A stretch of DNA of 59,109 nt, counting the filler. It is 2 parts of 2 records of this genome, joined end to end, with 100 filler letters (N's around TTAATTAATTAA, not from the genome) between each part and the next. Parts side by side here need not be neighbours in the genome. Positions count along the whole stretch, not along the records: positions 1 to 28,360 come from SRR20825006_391; 1 more part is not named here. One strand, given 5' to 3'. This document shows positions 1 to 12,554 of this stretch, piece by piece. The position numbers and the translations under genes were made by a program. Positions within the stretch are counted from its first letter, which is position 1. Each line of letters starts with the position of its first letter. The notes beneath the pieces are model-generated. The model saw nothing but the letters and a program-made list of their open reading frames with translations. It ran no database searches and was not told where the DNA came from.

Positions 1-33
1 GGGGGGGGGAGTCGCTGCAGCCCCGCTGGCCGG

Positions 34-1596
34 TCAATCGCGGAAGTAATCAGCCAGGTAATCTTCGAAGGATTGCTGGTCGGCGGCTTCCCCGGCGGCC
101 TGTTCGGCCAGGCTATCGGCGGCCAGTTCTTCCAGACGCTGGTTGGTGGCGTCGCAGCGCTGGCGGGACAGGAAGTGATCACGGTGGGCCAGGGCCTGAT
201 CCATGGCGAACTGGAAGAAGCCCTGATTGCGGCTCTCCAGTTTTGCCAGAATGCGCGCGGATGGGGTGGCGTCCGGGTTATCCACTTTTTCCTGCTGATG
301 CGCCAGTGCCTCGGCATAGTTGGTGCCGCCGTGGGCCCGGTCGAACAGTTCGGCGATGGGCTGCATCTGTTCCAGCTTTTCCGTGGCCCAGTCTTTCAGG
401 GTCACCGATTTGCCCCAGTTGCACAGTTCTATGCCGGTATTGCGTCCGTCGTAGACCACCTTGCGCAGGTTTTCCTTGCTGGCATGCAGGTCGCATTTTT
501 CCAGTTGCGGCGATTCACGCAGCAGACAATAGGTGGCGAACAGATCCAGGAAACGGATTTCCTGCTGGTTGATGCCCACGGGTTCGAACGGGTTCAGGTC
601 CAGCGCGCGGATTTCGATGTATTCCACGCCTCGTTCCTGTAATGCCGTGGTGGGGCGCTCGCCCGGGTTGATGGTGCGCTTGGGGCGAATGGACGAGTAA
701 TACTCGTTCTCGATCTGCAGAATATTGGTGTTGAGCTGGCGGTAGTCATCGCCCACCTTCACACCGATTTTCTCGTAGGCCGGTTCTGGCGTCTTGATGG
801 CATGGGTGAGCGTGCTGACGTACTCATCCAGGTTGTTGTAGCTGATCGCCAGGGAAGACTGGGCATTGTTCTGGTAGCCCAGATCGCTCATGCGCAGGCT
901 GGTGGCCTGGGGGCGATAGAGGGAGTGGTCAAAACGCTCCAGCAGGTCGTGTTCACGGCCGGCCAGGAAAGAGGCGCACAATGCCGGTGAGGCACCAAAC
1001 AGATAAACCAGCAACCAGGAATAGCGCTGGAAATTGCGCGTCAGGTCGAAGTAGCGACGGGAAATGTAATCCTGCAGCGGTGCGCTGTCGCCTTCCAATT
1101 GCTGGTTCAGTTTCCAGAATGCTTCCGGGTAGGAAAAGTTGTAATGAATCCCGGCGATGGTCTGCATCTTGCGACCGTAGCGGTGGCCCAGACCTTCGCG
1201 GTAGACGGTTTTCATGCGGCCCACATTGGCGCTGCCGTATTGCGCCACGGGTACATCACTGTCCTTGCCGATCATGCAGGGCATGGAGTTCACCCACAAC
1301 ACTTCATCACCAATATGGCTATACACATAGCGGTGGAGCTGTTCGAGAAACTCGATGGGTTTGTGCAGCTCGGTGCTGGGCGGGGTAATAAATTCCAGCA
1401 GCGCTTCGGAATAATCCGTGGTGATGTAGGGGTGAGTCAGTGCGGAGCCCAGCGCCTTGGGGTGCGGGGTTTGCGCCAGGGTGCCATCAGTGGTGATGCG
1501 CAGGCTTTCTTTCTCGATGCCACGACGGATACCAGCCAGGGTGGCGGCGGCATCTGAATCCAGCAGGGCATGAATTCTCTGTTCAAGATGCTTCAT
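34..1596 (-). CDS. gshA: Glutamate--cysteine ligase (gammaproteobacterial type)
   Basis: Motifs RGIEKESLR, ITTDYSEALLEFIT, GIHYNFS, LQIENEYYSSIRPK, YIEIRALD; start placed at the ATG of MKHLEQ (1596). Confidence 0.95.
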   Translation of the reverse strand: MKHLEQRIHALLDSDAAATLAGIRRGIEKESLRITTDGTLAQTPHPKALGSALTHPYITTDYSEALLEFITPPSTELHKPIEFLEQLHRYVYSHIGDEVLWVNSMPCMIGKDSDVPVAQYGSANVGRMKTVYREGLGHRYGRKMQTIAGIHYNFSYPEAFWKLNQQLEGDSAPLQDYISRRYFDLTRNFQRYSWLLVYLFGASPALCASFLAGREHDLLERFDHSLYRPQATSLRMSDLGYQNNAQSSLAISYNNLDEYVSTLTHAIKTPEPAYEKIGVKVGDDYRQLNTNILQIENEYYSSIRPKRTINPGERPTTALQERGVEYIEIRALDLNPFEPVGINQQEIRFLDLFATYCLLRESPQLEKCDLHASKENLRKVVYDGRNTGIELCNWGKSVTLKDWATEKLEQMQPIAELFDRAHGGTNYAEALAHQQEKVDNPDATPSARILAKLESRNQGFFQFAMDQALAHRDHFLSRQRCDATNQRLEELAADSLAEQAAGEAADQQSFEDYLADYFRD

Positions 1597-1700
1597 GTTT
1601 GGGGCCTGTCGTGCGGCCGCCCGGGTGTGGGGCTGGCCGCGGGTGTGACGGAATTCCGACAATCATGGGGCAATAGAATGACGCTGAGAAGTCACCCCGC

Positions 1701-4076
<2,376 letters not shown>

Positions 4077-4137
4077 GATATGTCCTGACGGCGTGCGGCC
4101 TGCAAGCCTGTTGCGTGCAAGCGTTCTTCAAATACAA

Positions 4138-4172
4138 AACGACCGGAATCATAGGGAATGAATCCGGTCGTT
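4138..4172. terminator. Stem-loop between the pilH-like gene and tex
   Basis: AACGACCGGA...TCCGGTCGTT perfect 10-bp arms extended by TCAT/ATGA; T-rich tail on the minus strand. Confidence 0.5.
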
Positions 4173-4258
4173 GATAGATTGACTTGTAAAAGCGGCTGTG
4201 GCTGTGGCGCAGGTCATGGACGTTCGGTTACCGCGCGCGACAGGCCGCGGACGACGAC

Positions 4259-4621
4259 TCAGCCCAGCGCTTCATTGATCTTGGCCACCAGTTCCGATTC
4301 CACCGGCGGTTTTACCACATAGCCGAAGGCGCCCTGGCGTTCGCCCCAGACTTTGTCGGTTTCCTGGTCCTTGGTGGTGACCAGAATCACCGGAATGCTT
4401 TCTGTGGCAGGATCGCGGGTGATCTTGCGGGTGGCCTGGAAGCCGTTCAGTTCCGGCATGACCACATCCATCAGGATCAGGTCGGGCTGTTCCTGTTTGG
4501 CTTTTTCTATCCCTTCCATACCATTGGTGGCAGTGACGACATCATGGCCCTGACCCTGGACAATCTTTACCAGATTGGTCAGCTGGGTCGGGGAATCGTC
4601 CACCACAAGAATTTTGGCCAT
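4259..4621 (-). CDS. pilH: Single-domain response regulator, PilH-like
   Basis: MAKILVVDDSPT, PDLILMDVVMPELNGFQATR, TTKDQETDKVWG closely resemble the twitching regulator PilH. Confidence 0.75.
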   Translation of the reverse strand: MAKILVVDDSPTQLTNLVKIVQGQGHDVVTATNGMEGIEKAKQEQPDLILMDVVMPELNGFQATRKITRDPATESIPVILVTTKDQETDKVWGERQGAFGYVVKPPVESELVAKINEALG

Positions 4622-4758
4622 GTTGCTCTCCTCAAGCCGCTATTGATCCCATACGGCTGTATTTTTATATGTGTCTCGATCCAATCGCGGATCATACCAG
4701 CGACGGCTTAAAAGGTAAGCTGTCGAATTGTGGCACATGGGTGCCGTAATGGGGCAGC

Positions 4759-7700
4759 TTACCGGGTGAGCGTGTGGGCGCTGCGCCGCCCCCAGAGCAG
4801 AATGGGCAACACAATCAGGGTGGTGACCAGCGTCCACCGGGCCAGTGCCCAGAAACTGTTGGCCAGCAGGTCGCCGTGATGGCCCGCCAGCGGTGCCAGG
4901 GCAGCAATGGCAAGGCTGCCGATCCCGGTTAGCAGCAGCCAGCGCGGTGCCAATGTCAGCGCCAGCTGCCGGCGACGGAACAGGCACCACAGAAAGGCCA
5001 GCCCCAACCCCAACATCAGCAGCCAGAGTATCCCGGTGGGGGCGAGCAGCAGCAGGCTGGCGTTTTCGCTGGCGGCTGCCTTGAGCAGGGGCAGGTTGCC
5101 GAACACGTTCAGCAGCAGGAAGGGGCCCAGCAGCATGGCCCACCACAGGTTGCCGCCCAGTCCCTGGGGGCCGGGTTGCTGGCGGTGGTGGCTGGGGTCA
5201 AAGCGCCAGGCCCGTTGCAGCAGGGTGCCCCAGTTGTGCGGCGCCAGGTGGCGGCCGAGTCCCTGAACGCGGTCGCGCTGTTCCTCGATCAGCATCAGCA
5301 TGGCGGGCACGACCAGCAGGATCAGCCCGGTGCCGAACAGCAGGCCGAACACCAGGCTCACGGCCATGGGTTTGAGGAACTGGGCCTGCAGTGAGCTTTC
5401 GAACAGGATTGGAGTGAGACCGGCGACCGTGGTGATCGAGGTCAACAGTACCGCGCGCAGGCGCCGTACACAGGCTTCAGTGATGGCCTGGAAGCGCTCC
5501 ATGCCTTCGGCGACCAACTGTTGATAGAAACTCACCAACACGATGGAGTCGTTGACGATAATGCCGGACAGGCCGAACAGGCCCATGGCCGAGAACATGG
5601 AGAACTTGATGCCAAACGGTGCCGTGAAAATATGCCCGATCACCGCGCCGGTGAGGCCGAAGAAAATGGCGGTCATGATCGCTATGGGCCAGGAGTAGGA
5701 GCTGAATACCCAGGCCAACACGATGTAGATAATTGCCAGCCCGAGCAGGGCGCCGGTGGCCAGGTCCCGCAGGTTTTCAGCCTGCTCCTGCAACTTGCCT
5801 TCGTAGCCCACGCCGATGCCGTAGCGGCTTTTCAGTTCCGGAAGGATGCCTTCGTTAAGGGTGGCGATGATCTCGTTGGCGTTGCCCTGTTCGGGATCCA
5901 GGTCGGCGTACACGGTGGCGGCCAATTCGCCGTCGACCCGGCGCAGCAGGTCCACGCCCTTGCGAGCGTCAAAGGTGACCACGTCGCGAAGCGGAATGGC
6001 TTCGCCCTGGTTGGTGATGATGGGCAGGCGCTCAAGGGCGCTGAAGCGCCGGCGCTCACTGTCAGGCAGCATCACCCGCACTTCCACTTCCTCGTCTTCT
6101 TCGTTGTAGAGCTGCGCGAGGCTGCCGTCGAAGGCGCCCCGTAGCTGGCTGGCCACGTCGCTGAGGGTTAGCCCCAGGGCGCGGCCCTGAGCGGTGAGCT
6201 GGAAGGTGAGCTGTTCCTTGCCGTAAGGAAGATCATCGTCCACGTTGCTGACGCCGGTGAACTGCTCAAGGCGTTCCTGCAACGCCAGTGAGGCGGCTTT
6301 CAGGGTAGCGGCGTCGCTGCCAGTGAGTTTTACCTCAATGGGTTTGCCCGGGGGGCCGGCTTCGGCCTGGGAAATGGTGAGTTGATCCAGCCCCGCGGGC
6401 ATGGCCAGTCTTTCGCGCCAGGCATCAATCAACTGGTCGTTGGAGATGTCCCGGTCCGAACCGGTGTAGACCTCGACTACCAGGGTGCCGTATTCGTCAC
6501 CGAACTTGTCCTGGCGGCCGCCGATGTTAGGGAAACCGGCGGCGGCGCCGTGGTGGCTGATAATGGTATGGACCAGATGCCCGCCCAGTTCCTCGTTGGT
6601 CTCTTCCAGCGTGCGTTCCAGCTCGGCGAGGAAGTCGTCCACCTGTTGCTTGTCGGTGCCGGAGGAGAATTCCGCCACGGCGCGCAGTTGATCGCCATCT
6701 ACCGGCGGGAAGAAGGTGAACTTGAGCCAGCCGGTGGATACCAGCGACAGGGCAAGAACGAAGGCGCAGACGGCGGATACACTGACCAGCTTGCGGTGGG
6801 TAACGGACCATTCCACCAGGGGCCGGAAGCGCTCATCCCGGAAGCGGTTGAAGCCGATGTCGATGCGTTCGCGCAGGCCGCTGGCCTTGACCTCGATGCC
6901 GCGGAAGCTGTGGTGCAAATGCCCGGGCATCACCAGGAAGCATTCCAATAGTGAGGCGAGAATCACGCAGATCATCACGAAGGGAATATCGAACGATATC
7001 TTGCCCATGGCGCCGCCCATCATTCCCAGTGGCAGGAAGGCGGCGATGGTAGTGGTGGACGATGCCACCACGGGCCAGAACATGCGCCGGGCCCCGCCCA
7101 GGGCTGCACGCTGGGCAGATTCGCCCTGTTGCAGGTGGGTGAGGGTGTCTTCGCCCACCACGATGGCGTCATCGACGATCAGCCCCAGGGCCAGAATCAG
7201 GCCGAACAGGCTGATCATGTTGATGGTGCCGCCAAACGCCCAGAGGATGCCGAGGGTGGCCATGAAGGACACCGGAATCCCCACGGTGACCCACCAGGCG
7301 ACCCGCGCATTGAGGAAAAAATAGAGGGTGAGGATCACCAGCACCAGGCCGGAAATGCCATTCCAGAGCAGGGTGGAAATGCGCTCCTGCACGTGTTTCC
7401 AGGCCTCGAAATAGAACGTCATCTTGACGCCATCGGGCAGCGAATGCGCGTATTCGCCTCCCCAGGTACGAACCTTGTCGGCCAGGTCGAGCATGTCGTC
7501 GTCTTCGCCGCGCATCACCTGTAGTTCGATGGCGGGTTTGCCTTCGAAGGTGAGGGTGGCCTGGTCATCCCGTGCCCGTCGTTCGATGATGGCCACATCG
7601 CCCAGACTCAGCTGTTGGCCGTCGGCGGTGGTAATCAGTGGGAGCTCGGCAAAGGCCTTTTCGTCACGGCGTTGGCCCAGCGCCCGCAGTTGCTTGGCAG

Positions 7701-8376
7701 CGTCGTCGCGGCCCACGGTGCCGGCGGGGGTGTCCTGGCTGAAGCTGCGTACCTTGTCGCCGATCTGCCCCAGGGTCATGCCCAGATCATGCAGGGTGCT
7801 GCTGGGCACCTGAATAGCCATTTCCTCTTCCGGCAGGCCTATGAACTCCACTTTGCCGACCCCCAGTGCCAGCAGTTCATCCTCCATTTCCCGCACCAGC
7901 GGGCGCAGCTCTCCCCGGCTGCCGTTTTCTGTGGATACCAGAATCGAGGTGACCAGCGAATAGCGGGTGATTTTCTGAATCACCGGCCGCTCGGCGTCCT
8001 GGGGCAGGTTGCGAATCGAGTCGATGCGCTGGCGCACTTCATCCAGGGCCAGGCCCAGATCGCTGCCGTCTTCCAGCTCAATAAAAATGGCGCTGGCGCC
8101 CTGCTGGGAGCGGGCAATCAGCTTGCGGGTGTTGGGCAGGGTTTTCAGGGCCTGCTCCACGGGAATGGTGATGGAGCGTTGCACATCTTCAGGGCTGGCG
8201 CCGCGCCAGGGGATGGTGACGGTGACGTATTCGAAGTCAAAATCCGGGAACAGCTGGGTGTTCAAGCGAGTCAGGCCCAGTACCCCGAGCATGATCATCA
8301 GGATCATCAGCAGGTTGGAGGCAACCTTGTGCTCGGTAAAGCTGGCGATCAGGCCCCGCGACTCACTCACTGTCAC
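4759..8376 (-). CDS. RND efflux permease (AcrB/AcrD/AcrF family) with an extra C-terminal membrane domain
   Basis: GLIVDDAIVVGE, GIIVNDSIVLV, RLRAVLLTSITT motifs; 1205 aa, longer than a typical RND permease. Confidence 0.9.
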   Translation of the reverse strand: MTVSESRGLIASFTEHKVASNLLMILMIMLGVLGLTRLNTQLFPDFDFEYVTVTIPWRGASPEDVQRSITIPVEQALKTLPNTRKLIARSQQGASAIFIELEDGSDLGLALDEVRQRIDSIRNLPQDAERPVIQKITRYSLVTSILVSTENGSRGELRPLVREMEDELLALGVGKVEFIGLPEEEMAIQVPSSTLHDLGMTLGQIGDKVRSFSQDTPAGTVGRDDAAKQLRALGQRRDEKAFAELPLITTADGQQLSLGDVAIIERRARDDQATLTFEGKPAIELQVMRGEDDDMLDLADKVRTWGGEYAHSLPDGVKMTFYFEAWKHVQERISTLLWNGISGLVLVILTLYFFLNARVAWWVTVGIPVSFMATLGILWAFGGTINMISLFGLILALGLIVDDAIVVGEDTLTHLQQGESAQRAALGGARRMFWPVVASSTTTIAAFLPLGMMGGAMGKISFDIPFVMICVILASLLECFLVMPGHLHHSFRGIEVKASGLRERIDIGFNRFRDERFRPLVEWSVTHRKLVSVSAVCAFVLALSLVSTGWLKFTFFPPVDGDQLRAVAEFSSGTDKQQVDDFLAELERTLEETNEELGGHLVHTIISHHGAAAGFPNIGGRQDKFGDEYGTLVVEVYTGSDRDISNDQLIDAWRERLAMPAGLDQLTISQAEAGPPGKPIEVKLTGSDAATLKAASLALQERLEQFTGVSNVDDDLPYGKEQLTFQLTAQGRALGLTLSDVASQLRGAFDGSLAQLYNEEDEEVEVRVMLPDSERRRFSALERLPIITNQGEAIPLRDVVTFDARKGVDLLRRVDGELAATVYADLDPEQGNANEIIATLNEGILPELKSRYGIGVGYEGKLQEQAENLRDLATGALLGLAIIYIVLAWVFSSYSWPIAIMTAIFFGLTGAVIGHIFTAPFGIKFSMFSAMGLFGLSGIIVNDSIVLVSFYQQLVAEGMERFQAITEACVRRLRAVLLTSITTVAGLTPILFESSLQAQFLKPMAVSLVFGLLFGTGLILLVVPAMLMLIEEQRDRVQGLGRHLAPHNWGTLLQRAWRFDPSHHRQQPGPQGLGGNLWWAMLLGPFLLLNVFGNLPLLKAAASENASLLLLAPTGILWLLMLGLGLAFLWCLFRRRQLALTLAPRWLLLTGIGSLAIAALAPLAGHHGDLLANSFWALARWTLVTTLIVLPILLWGRRSAHTLTR

Positions 8377-9694
8377 CGCCCTGGCTATCCGCGTCTGCGT
8401 CCGCTATGGGGGTGTTGCTTTCGGTGTCGGCGTTACTGCCGGGTACGGGCTGTGGATCCACCGGCAGCCCGACGATGGCCTGGGGCAATTGGGTTGTCAT
8501 GATGCGTTCGCCACCGGTCAGGCTGTCGGCGCGTAACAGTAGCAGAGACTCGTCACCGTCGATGGCTTCGCCGACGATATGGGCATCCACCCGTTGCAAA
8601 TGGTCATCGGCGTCGATGCGGTAGAGCCGGTTGAGACCATGCAGGGCGGTGGCTGGCAGCGCCAGCAATTGCGGTTGGGCGGGCAGCGTCAAGGTGATGG
8701 TCAGCGGGCGGCCCAGTGCGGCCGTGGGCGCCCCTTTGGCGCTGTCACCGCTAAAGGCGAACAGACCATCGATGCCGCCACGGGCATCGGCGGCATCGCC
8801 GGCCAGTCGCTTCAGTTTCAGCGGCAGGGTATGGCCTTCCAGCTGGGTGCTGGCGGCCAGGTCGCCGGCGATCAAGCCTTGGCGTACGGCAGGCAGATAA
8901 CGGTCGGGGATCTGGGCGCGCACTTCCAGTTCGCTGTCGGCAAACAGGTCGATCAGCGGCTCGCCGGGGCGTACTCGCTCGCCGGGGGCTACGCTCACCT
9001 GGGTCACGGTACCGTCGAACGGCGCGTTGACGGTAGTGCGGGCCAGGTCGATTTTTGCCTGTTCCAGCTGCGCCTCGGCGCTGGCCAGGCGGGCTTCCAT
9101 ACGGGCCAGTTCGTTCGCAAAGTCGCTGACACTGAGCTGGCGCTGGCTGAGAGACAGATCGGCCCGGGCCTGGGCTTGCTCGGCTTCGTCCAGCTGGGTC
9201 TGGGCCACCAGCTTGCGTTCACGCAGGGACTGGATGCGCTCCAGATTATCGGTGGATAGTTGGGCCAGCTTCTTTTCCAGTGCCAGGTTTTTCTTGTCGC
9301 TCTGGTAGCGCAGGCGGGTGGTCTCCAGCTGGGCGGCGGCTTCGTCGCGGGTGGCTTTGGCACGGTCGCGGGCCAGGGCGGCTTCGGTGTCGTCCAGCTG
9401 GATCAGTAATTGGCCTTCGGTGACCCGGTTGCCAGCGCGCACCGGGATGCTGTCCACGTTGGCGGTGACCACGGCGGTCAGGCCCGCGGCCCGGGGGGAT
9501 TGTACCCGGCCAAACAGTTGAATCTGCGGCGAGCGCGCTTGTGGGTCGGCCAGCACGAACCGCACCCGGGCATGGTTGTCCACGATATCTCGGGTGGGCG
9601 CGGACGGTTTGAATGTGGCAAGCAGGATGATCGCCAGCACCGTGCCCAGAATAACGCGGGCAACCGGGGGAAGTTGTTTCAGGCGGTCTCGCAA
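8363..9694 (-). CDS. RND periplasmic adaptor (membrane fusion protein)
   Basis: N-terminal TM, lipoyl halves (V.AGNRV.EGQLLIQLD; APFDGTV..V.V.PGERV), coiled coil; TTG start at 9694 after an AAGGA RBS. Confidence 0.88.
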   Translation of the reverse strand: MRDRLKQLPPVARVILGTVLAIILLATFKPSAPTRDIVDNHARVRFVLADPQARSPQIQLFGRVQSPRAAGLTAVVTANVDSIPVRAGNRVTEGQLLIQLDDTEAALARDRAKATRDEAAAQLETTRLRYQSDKKNLALEKKLAQLSTDNLERIQSLRERKLVAQTQLDEAEQAQARADLSLSQRQLSVSDFANELARMEARLASAEAQLEQAKIDLARTTVNAPFDGTVTQVSVAPGERVRPGEPLIDLFADSELEVRAQIPDRYLPAVRQGLIAGDLAASTQLEGHTLPLKLKRLAGDAADARGGIDGLFAFSGDSAKGAPTAALGRPLTITLTLPAQPQLLALPATALHGLNRLYRIDADDHLQRVDAHIVGEAIDGDESLLLLRADSLTGGERIMTTQLPQAIVGLPVDPQPVPGSNADTESNTPIADADADSQGGDSE

Positions 9695-9709
9695 GGGAAG
9701 TCCTTTATT

Positions 9710-9728
9710 GATAATGATTCTCAGCCGG
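9710..9728. promoter_or_regulatory. Candidate Fur box upstream of the RND operon
   Basis: Minus strand CCGGCTGAGAATCATTATC matches 13/19 of GATAATGATAATCATTATC and abuts the MFP RBS. Confidence 0.5.
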
Positions 9729-9862
9729 ATACTGTAACGTGTTCTTATAGCAGTGCCTATCTTCCACGTTGGCAATGTTTTTATACAATCTCTTCGTGCC
9801 ATTTTCTTGCACGTTCGGACCACAACGCGTAAATCAGGGACCAGTAAACCTTCGGAGGTGCT

Positions 9863-10573
9863 GTGAGCGAACAACTAGACAAGATTCTGGTCGTGGATGA
9901 CGATGCGCGACTGCGTAGCCTGCTGCAACGGTTTCTGGAAGAAGCCGGTTATACCGTAAAGGCGGTGGGCGATGCCGAGCAGATGGACCGTGCCCTGTCC
10001 CGCGAACTGTATTCCCTGATGGTGCTGGACCTGATGCTGCCGGGGGAAGATGGCCTGTCGATCTGCCGTCGCCTGCGTGAGGCCGAGAACGTTATGCCGA
10101 TCATCATGCTCACCGCCAAGGGCGATGATGCCGAGCGCATTGAAGGCCTGGATGCCGGCGCCGATGACTACCTGCCCAAGCCGTTCAACCCCAAGGAACT
10201 GGATGCCCGTATCCGCGCGGTGCTGCGCCGCCATGTGCGCGAGCTGCCCGGGGCGCCCAGTAAGGAAGAAGGGTCGGTGACGTTTGGCCCCTGGATTCTG
10301 GATCTGGCCAACCGCACCCTGACCCGCGACGGAGATCCGCAAAGCCTGACCACGGGCGAATTTGCCGTGCTCAAGGCACTGCTGCAGAACCCCCGCGAGC
10401 CGCTCACCCGTGACAAGCTGATGAGCCTGGCCCGGGGCCGTGAATGGTCGGCCATGGAGCGCTCCATCGATGTGCAGGTATCACGCCTGCGCCGCCTGCT
10501 CGAAGACGACCCCTCCAAACCCCGCTACATCCAGACGGTCTGGGGTGTGGGGTATGTGTTTGTGCCTGATTAA
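9863..10573 (+). CDS. ompR: Two-component response regulator OmpR (AmgR-like)
   Basis: KILVVDDDARLRSLL, LMVLDLMLPGEDGLSICRRLR, RSIDVQVSRLRR, YIQTVWGVGYVFVPD. Confidence 0.93.
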   Translation: MSEQLDKILVVDDDARLRSLLQRFLEEAGYTVKAVGDAEQMDRALSRELYSLMVLDLMLPGEDGLSICRRLREAENVMPIIMLTAKGDDAERIEGLDAGADDYLPKPFNPKELDARIRAVLRRHVRELPGAPSKEEGSVTFGPWILDLANRTLTRDGDPQSLTTGEFAVLKALLQNPREPLTRDKLMSLARGREWSAMERSIDVQVSRLRRLLEDDPSKPRYIQTVWGVGYVFVPD

Positions 10574-10646
10574 GAGACGCAGCATGCACCACGCTTCACG
10601 CACCACGCGCGTGTTGCGTGAGGCATGCAGCGTGTAAGCTGCCTTG

Positions 10647-11966
10647 ATGACACTCTATCCCCGCACTGCTTTTGTCCGCTCCGCCATTGTGGTGGGGCTG
10701 GTGATTGGGATCAGCCAGGCGCTGACCCTGTGGTTCTTTGCCCGTAATGCCTACCTGCCCGGTATCCGTGAATACGCCCGCTTGACGGTGCTGCAAGCGG
10801 AGCTGGCGTTTGATGATTCGCGGGCGGCAGCGGATGCGGATCTGGCCGACCGGCTGGGTAATGCCACCGGCATTACGGTGGCGATTCCGGAAAAGCTTCA
10901 CGATGGCACCATGCTGCTGTCACGTCCGGTGGTGGGCCGTTTTCAGGAAGAACTGGAAGGCATGCTGGAAGAGCCTGTGACCGTGCGCCTGGAAGATAAC
11001 CGCCAACCGGTTCTGTGGGTGAACGCGCCGTCGTTTGGTGAGCAATGGGTGCGGGTGCCCATGGCGTTCTTCCGGGATTACGATCGCTACCTGTTGTTGG
11101 GCTGGGGGGTGACAGTGCCTTTGCTGGCTATCATCGGTGGCTTGCTGATTGCCCGGGGGCTGAACTTGCCGTTGCGACGGCTGGCCAAAGTGGCCTTGAA
11201 AGTGGGGCGTGGAGAGGCGGTGCCGGTGCTGGATACCACCATCGGCCCGGAGGAAATTCAGGCAGTGAATGCCGCCTTTAACCGGATGACCAGTGACTTG
11301 CAGCATGCCCAGCGGGATCGGGCGTTGCTGCTGGCCGGGGTGTCCCATGATTTGCGAACCCCGCTGACACGTCTGCGCCTGTCGGCGGAATTCATGCAGG
11401 ACGAGGAGCTGGCAAAAGGCATTATCGAAGACATTGAGGATATGGATGCGATCCTCGATCAGTTTATTTCCTTTATCCGTGATGGTGCGGATGAGCAGCC
11501 GGACTTTGAAAACCTCAATGACCTGATTCAGGAGGTGGCCGGCAAGTACCCGGCGGAGCAATTACGGTTCGAGCTGGAAGACCTGCCCCGGCTTATGCTC
11601 AAGCGGCTGACGGTAAAACGGATGCTGGCCAACCTGGTGGGCAATGCCCTGAAGTACGGTGCCTCACCGGTGGAGGTGCGCACCGCAGTTGCGGAAAACA
11701 AGGTCGTGTTGACGGTGCGTGATCACGGTCGCGGTGTGCGTGAAGAGGATATTCCGTTGCTGCTGCAGCCGTTTTCCCGGGGGGAAAAGGCGCGCACTCT
11801 CAGTGGCAGTGGTTTGGGGCTGGCCATCGTGAAGCGGATTGTGGACATGCACCACGGTGATATTCAGCTGGCCAATCATCCCCATGGTGGACTGCTGGTG
11901 GAGGTACGTTTTCCGGTAACCGGTAAGTTTGTGCAACCCGAGCCCTTGTCCGCCGGTGTGAGATAA
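10647..11966 (+). CDS. envZ: Sensor histidine kinase EnvZ (AmgS-like)
   Basis: Two TMs, HAMP, H-box [17 protein letters not shown] boxes ([15 protein letters not shown]); directly follows ompR. Confidence 0.9.
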   Translation: MTLYPRTAFVRSAIVVGLVIGISQALTLWFFARNAYLPGIREYARLTVLQAELAFDDSRAAADADLADRLGNATGITVAIPEKLHDGTMLLSRPVVGRFQEELEGMLEEPVTVRLEDNRQPVLWVNAPSFGEQWVRVPMAFFRDYDRYLLLGWGVTVPLLAIIGGLLIARGLNLPLRRLAKVALKVGRGEAVPVLDTTIGPEEIQAVNAAFNRMTSDLQHAQRDRALLLAGVSHDLRTPLTRLRLSAEFMQDEELAKGIIEDIEDMDAILDQFISFIRDGADEQPDFENLNDLIQEVAGKYPAEQLRFELEDLPRLMLKRLTVKRMLANLVGNALKYGASPVEVRTAVAENKVVLTVRDHGRGVREEDIPLLLQPFSRGEKARTLSGSGLGLAIVKRIVDMHHGDIQLANHPHGGLLVEVRFPVTGKFVQPEPLSAGVR

Positions 11967-12012
11967 ATCCAGCGGTAACAAAAAACCACATTCTGTGGCC
12001 CGGAATGTGCGC

Positions 12013-12027
12013 TGGCGCAAAGTTTGC
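12013..12027 (+). promoter_or_regulatory. Possible sigma-54 (-24/-12) promoter
   Basis: TGGCGC-AAAGT-TTGC has correct GG-N10-GC spacing. Confidence 0.35.
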
Positions 12028-12417
12028 GGCGCAAGGGTCGGTGCATTCTAGTACGCAGTTACTGGCATGGGTAACGGTAAAACGAGCAAGCACAGACAGA
12101 TAATTATAACGATCAAAAGACCGGTTCTGTTGCGAAAAAATGAATTGATGTCGTTGTCAGCCTGTTCAGCAAGGCGCTGCTGTTGAACAGGGGAATGGCA
12201 CCCGCAAGCCGACACAACAATCATGCAGCAGGGCCAGCACCAAATGGACTTGGGAGAGAGCCTTATGAATACCCTCGCAGCGTGGCAGCCGCCACGATGA
12301 ATGTTATTCCCTGTCAGACCTGACTCGCTGATTCGCGCACAAATTGACTGTAGCCGGTTGATGTTTGTGTTGTGAATGCCGATAGCCTGTTGTGGCCCGT
12401 GTGCCATAAGAGGTTTT

Positions 12418-12445
12418 GGGTCGCACGCCTGTGCGGCCCTTTTTT
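12418..12445 (+). terminator. Rho-independent terminator in the intergenic region
   Basis: GGGTCGCAC-GCCT-GTGCGGCCC followed by TTTTTT. Confidence 0.75.
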
Positions 12446-12554
12446 CGTTTCTTTTCCTGCCGGTGTTACTTTCTTGTTGAGGAAACAGTGTCGCCGGTTA
12501 TTCTCGGAAAGGAATATGATTTGCTGGCGGGCCATTGACGGCATTGAGGGAGCG

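Noticed and set aside
1-10. Poly-G at the window start
   Set aside because: Probably a contig-end or sequencing artefact; no context available.
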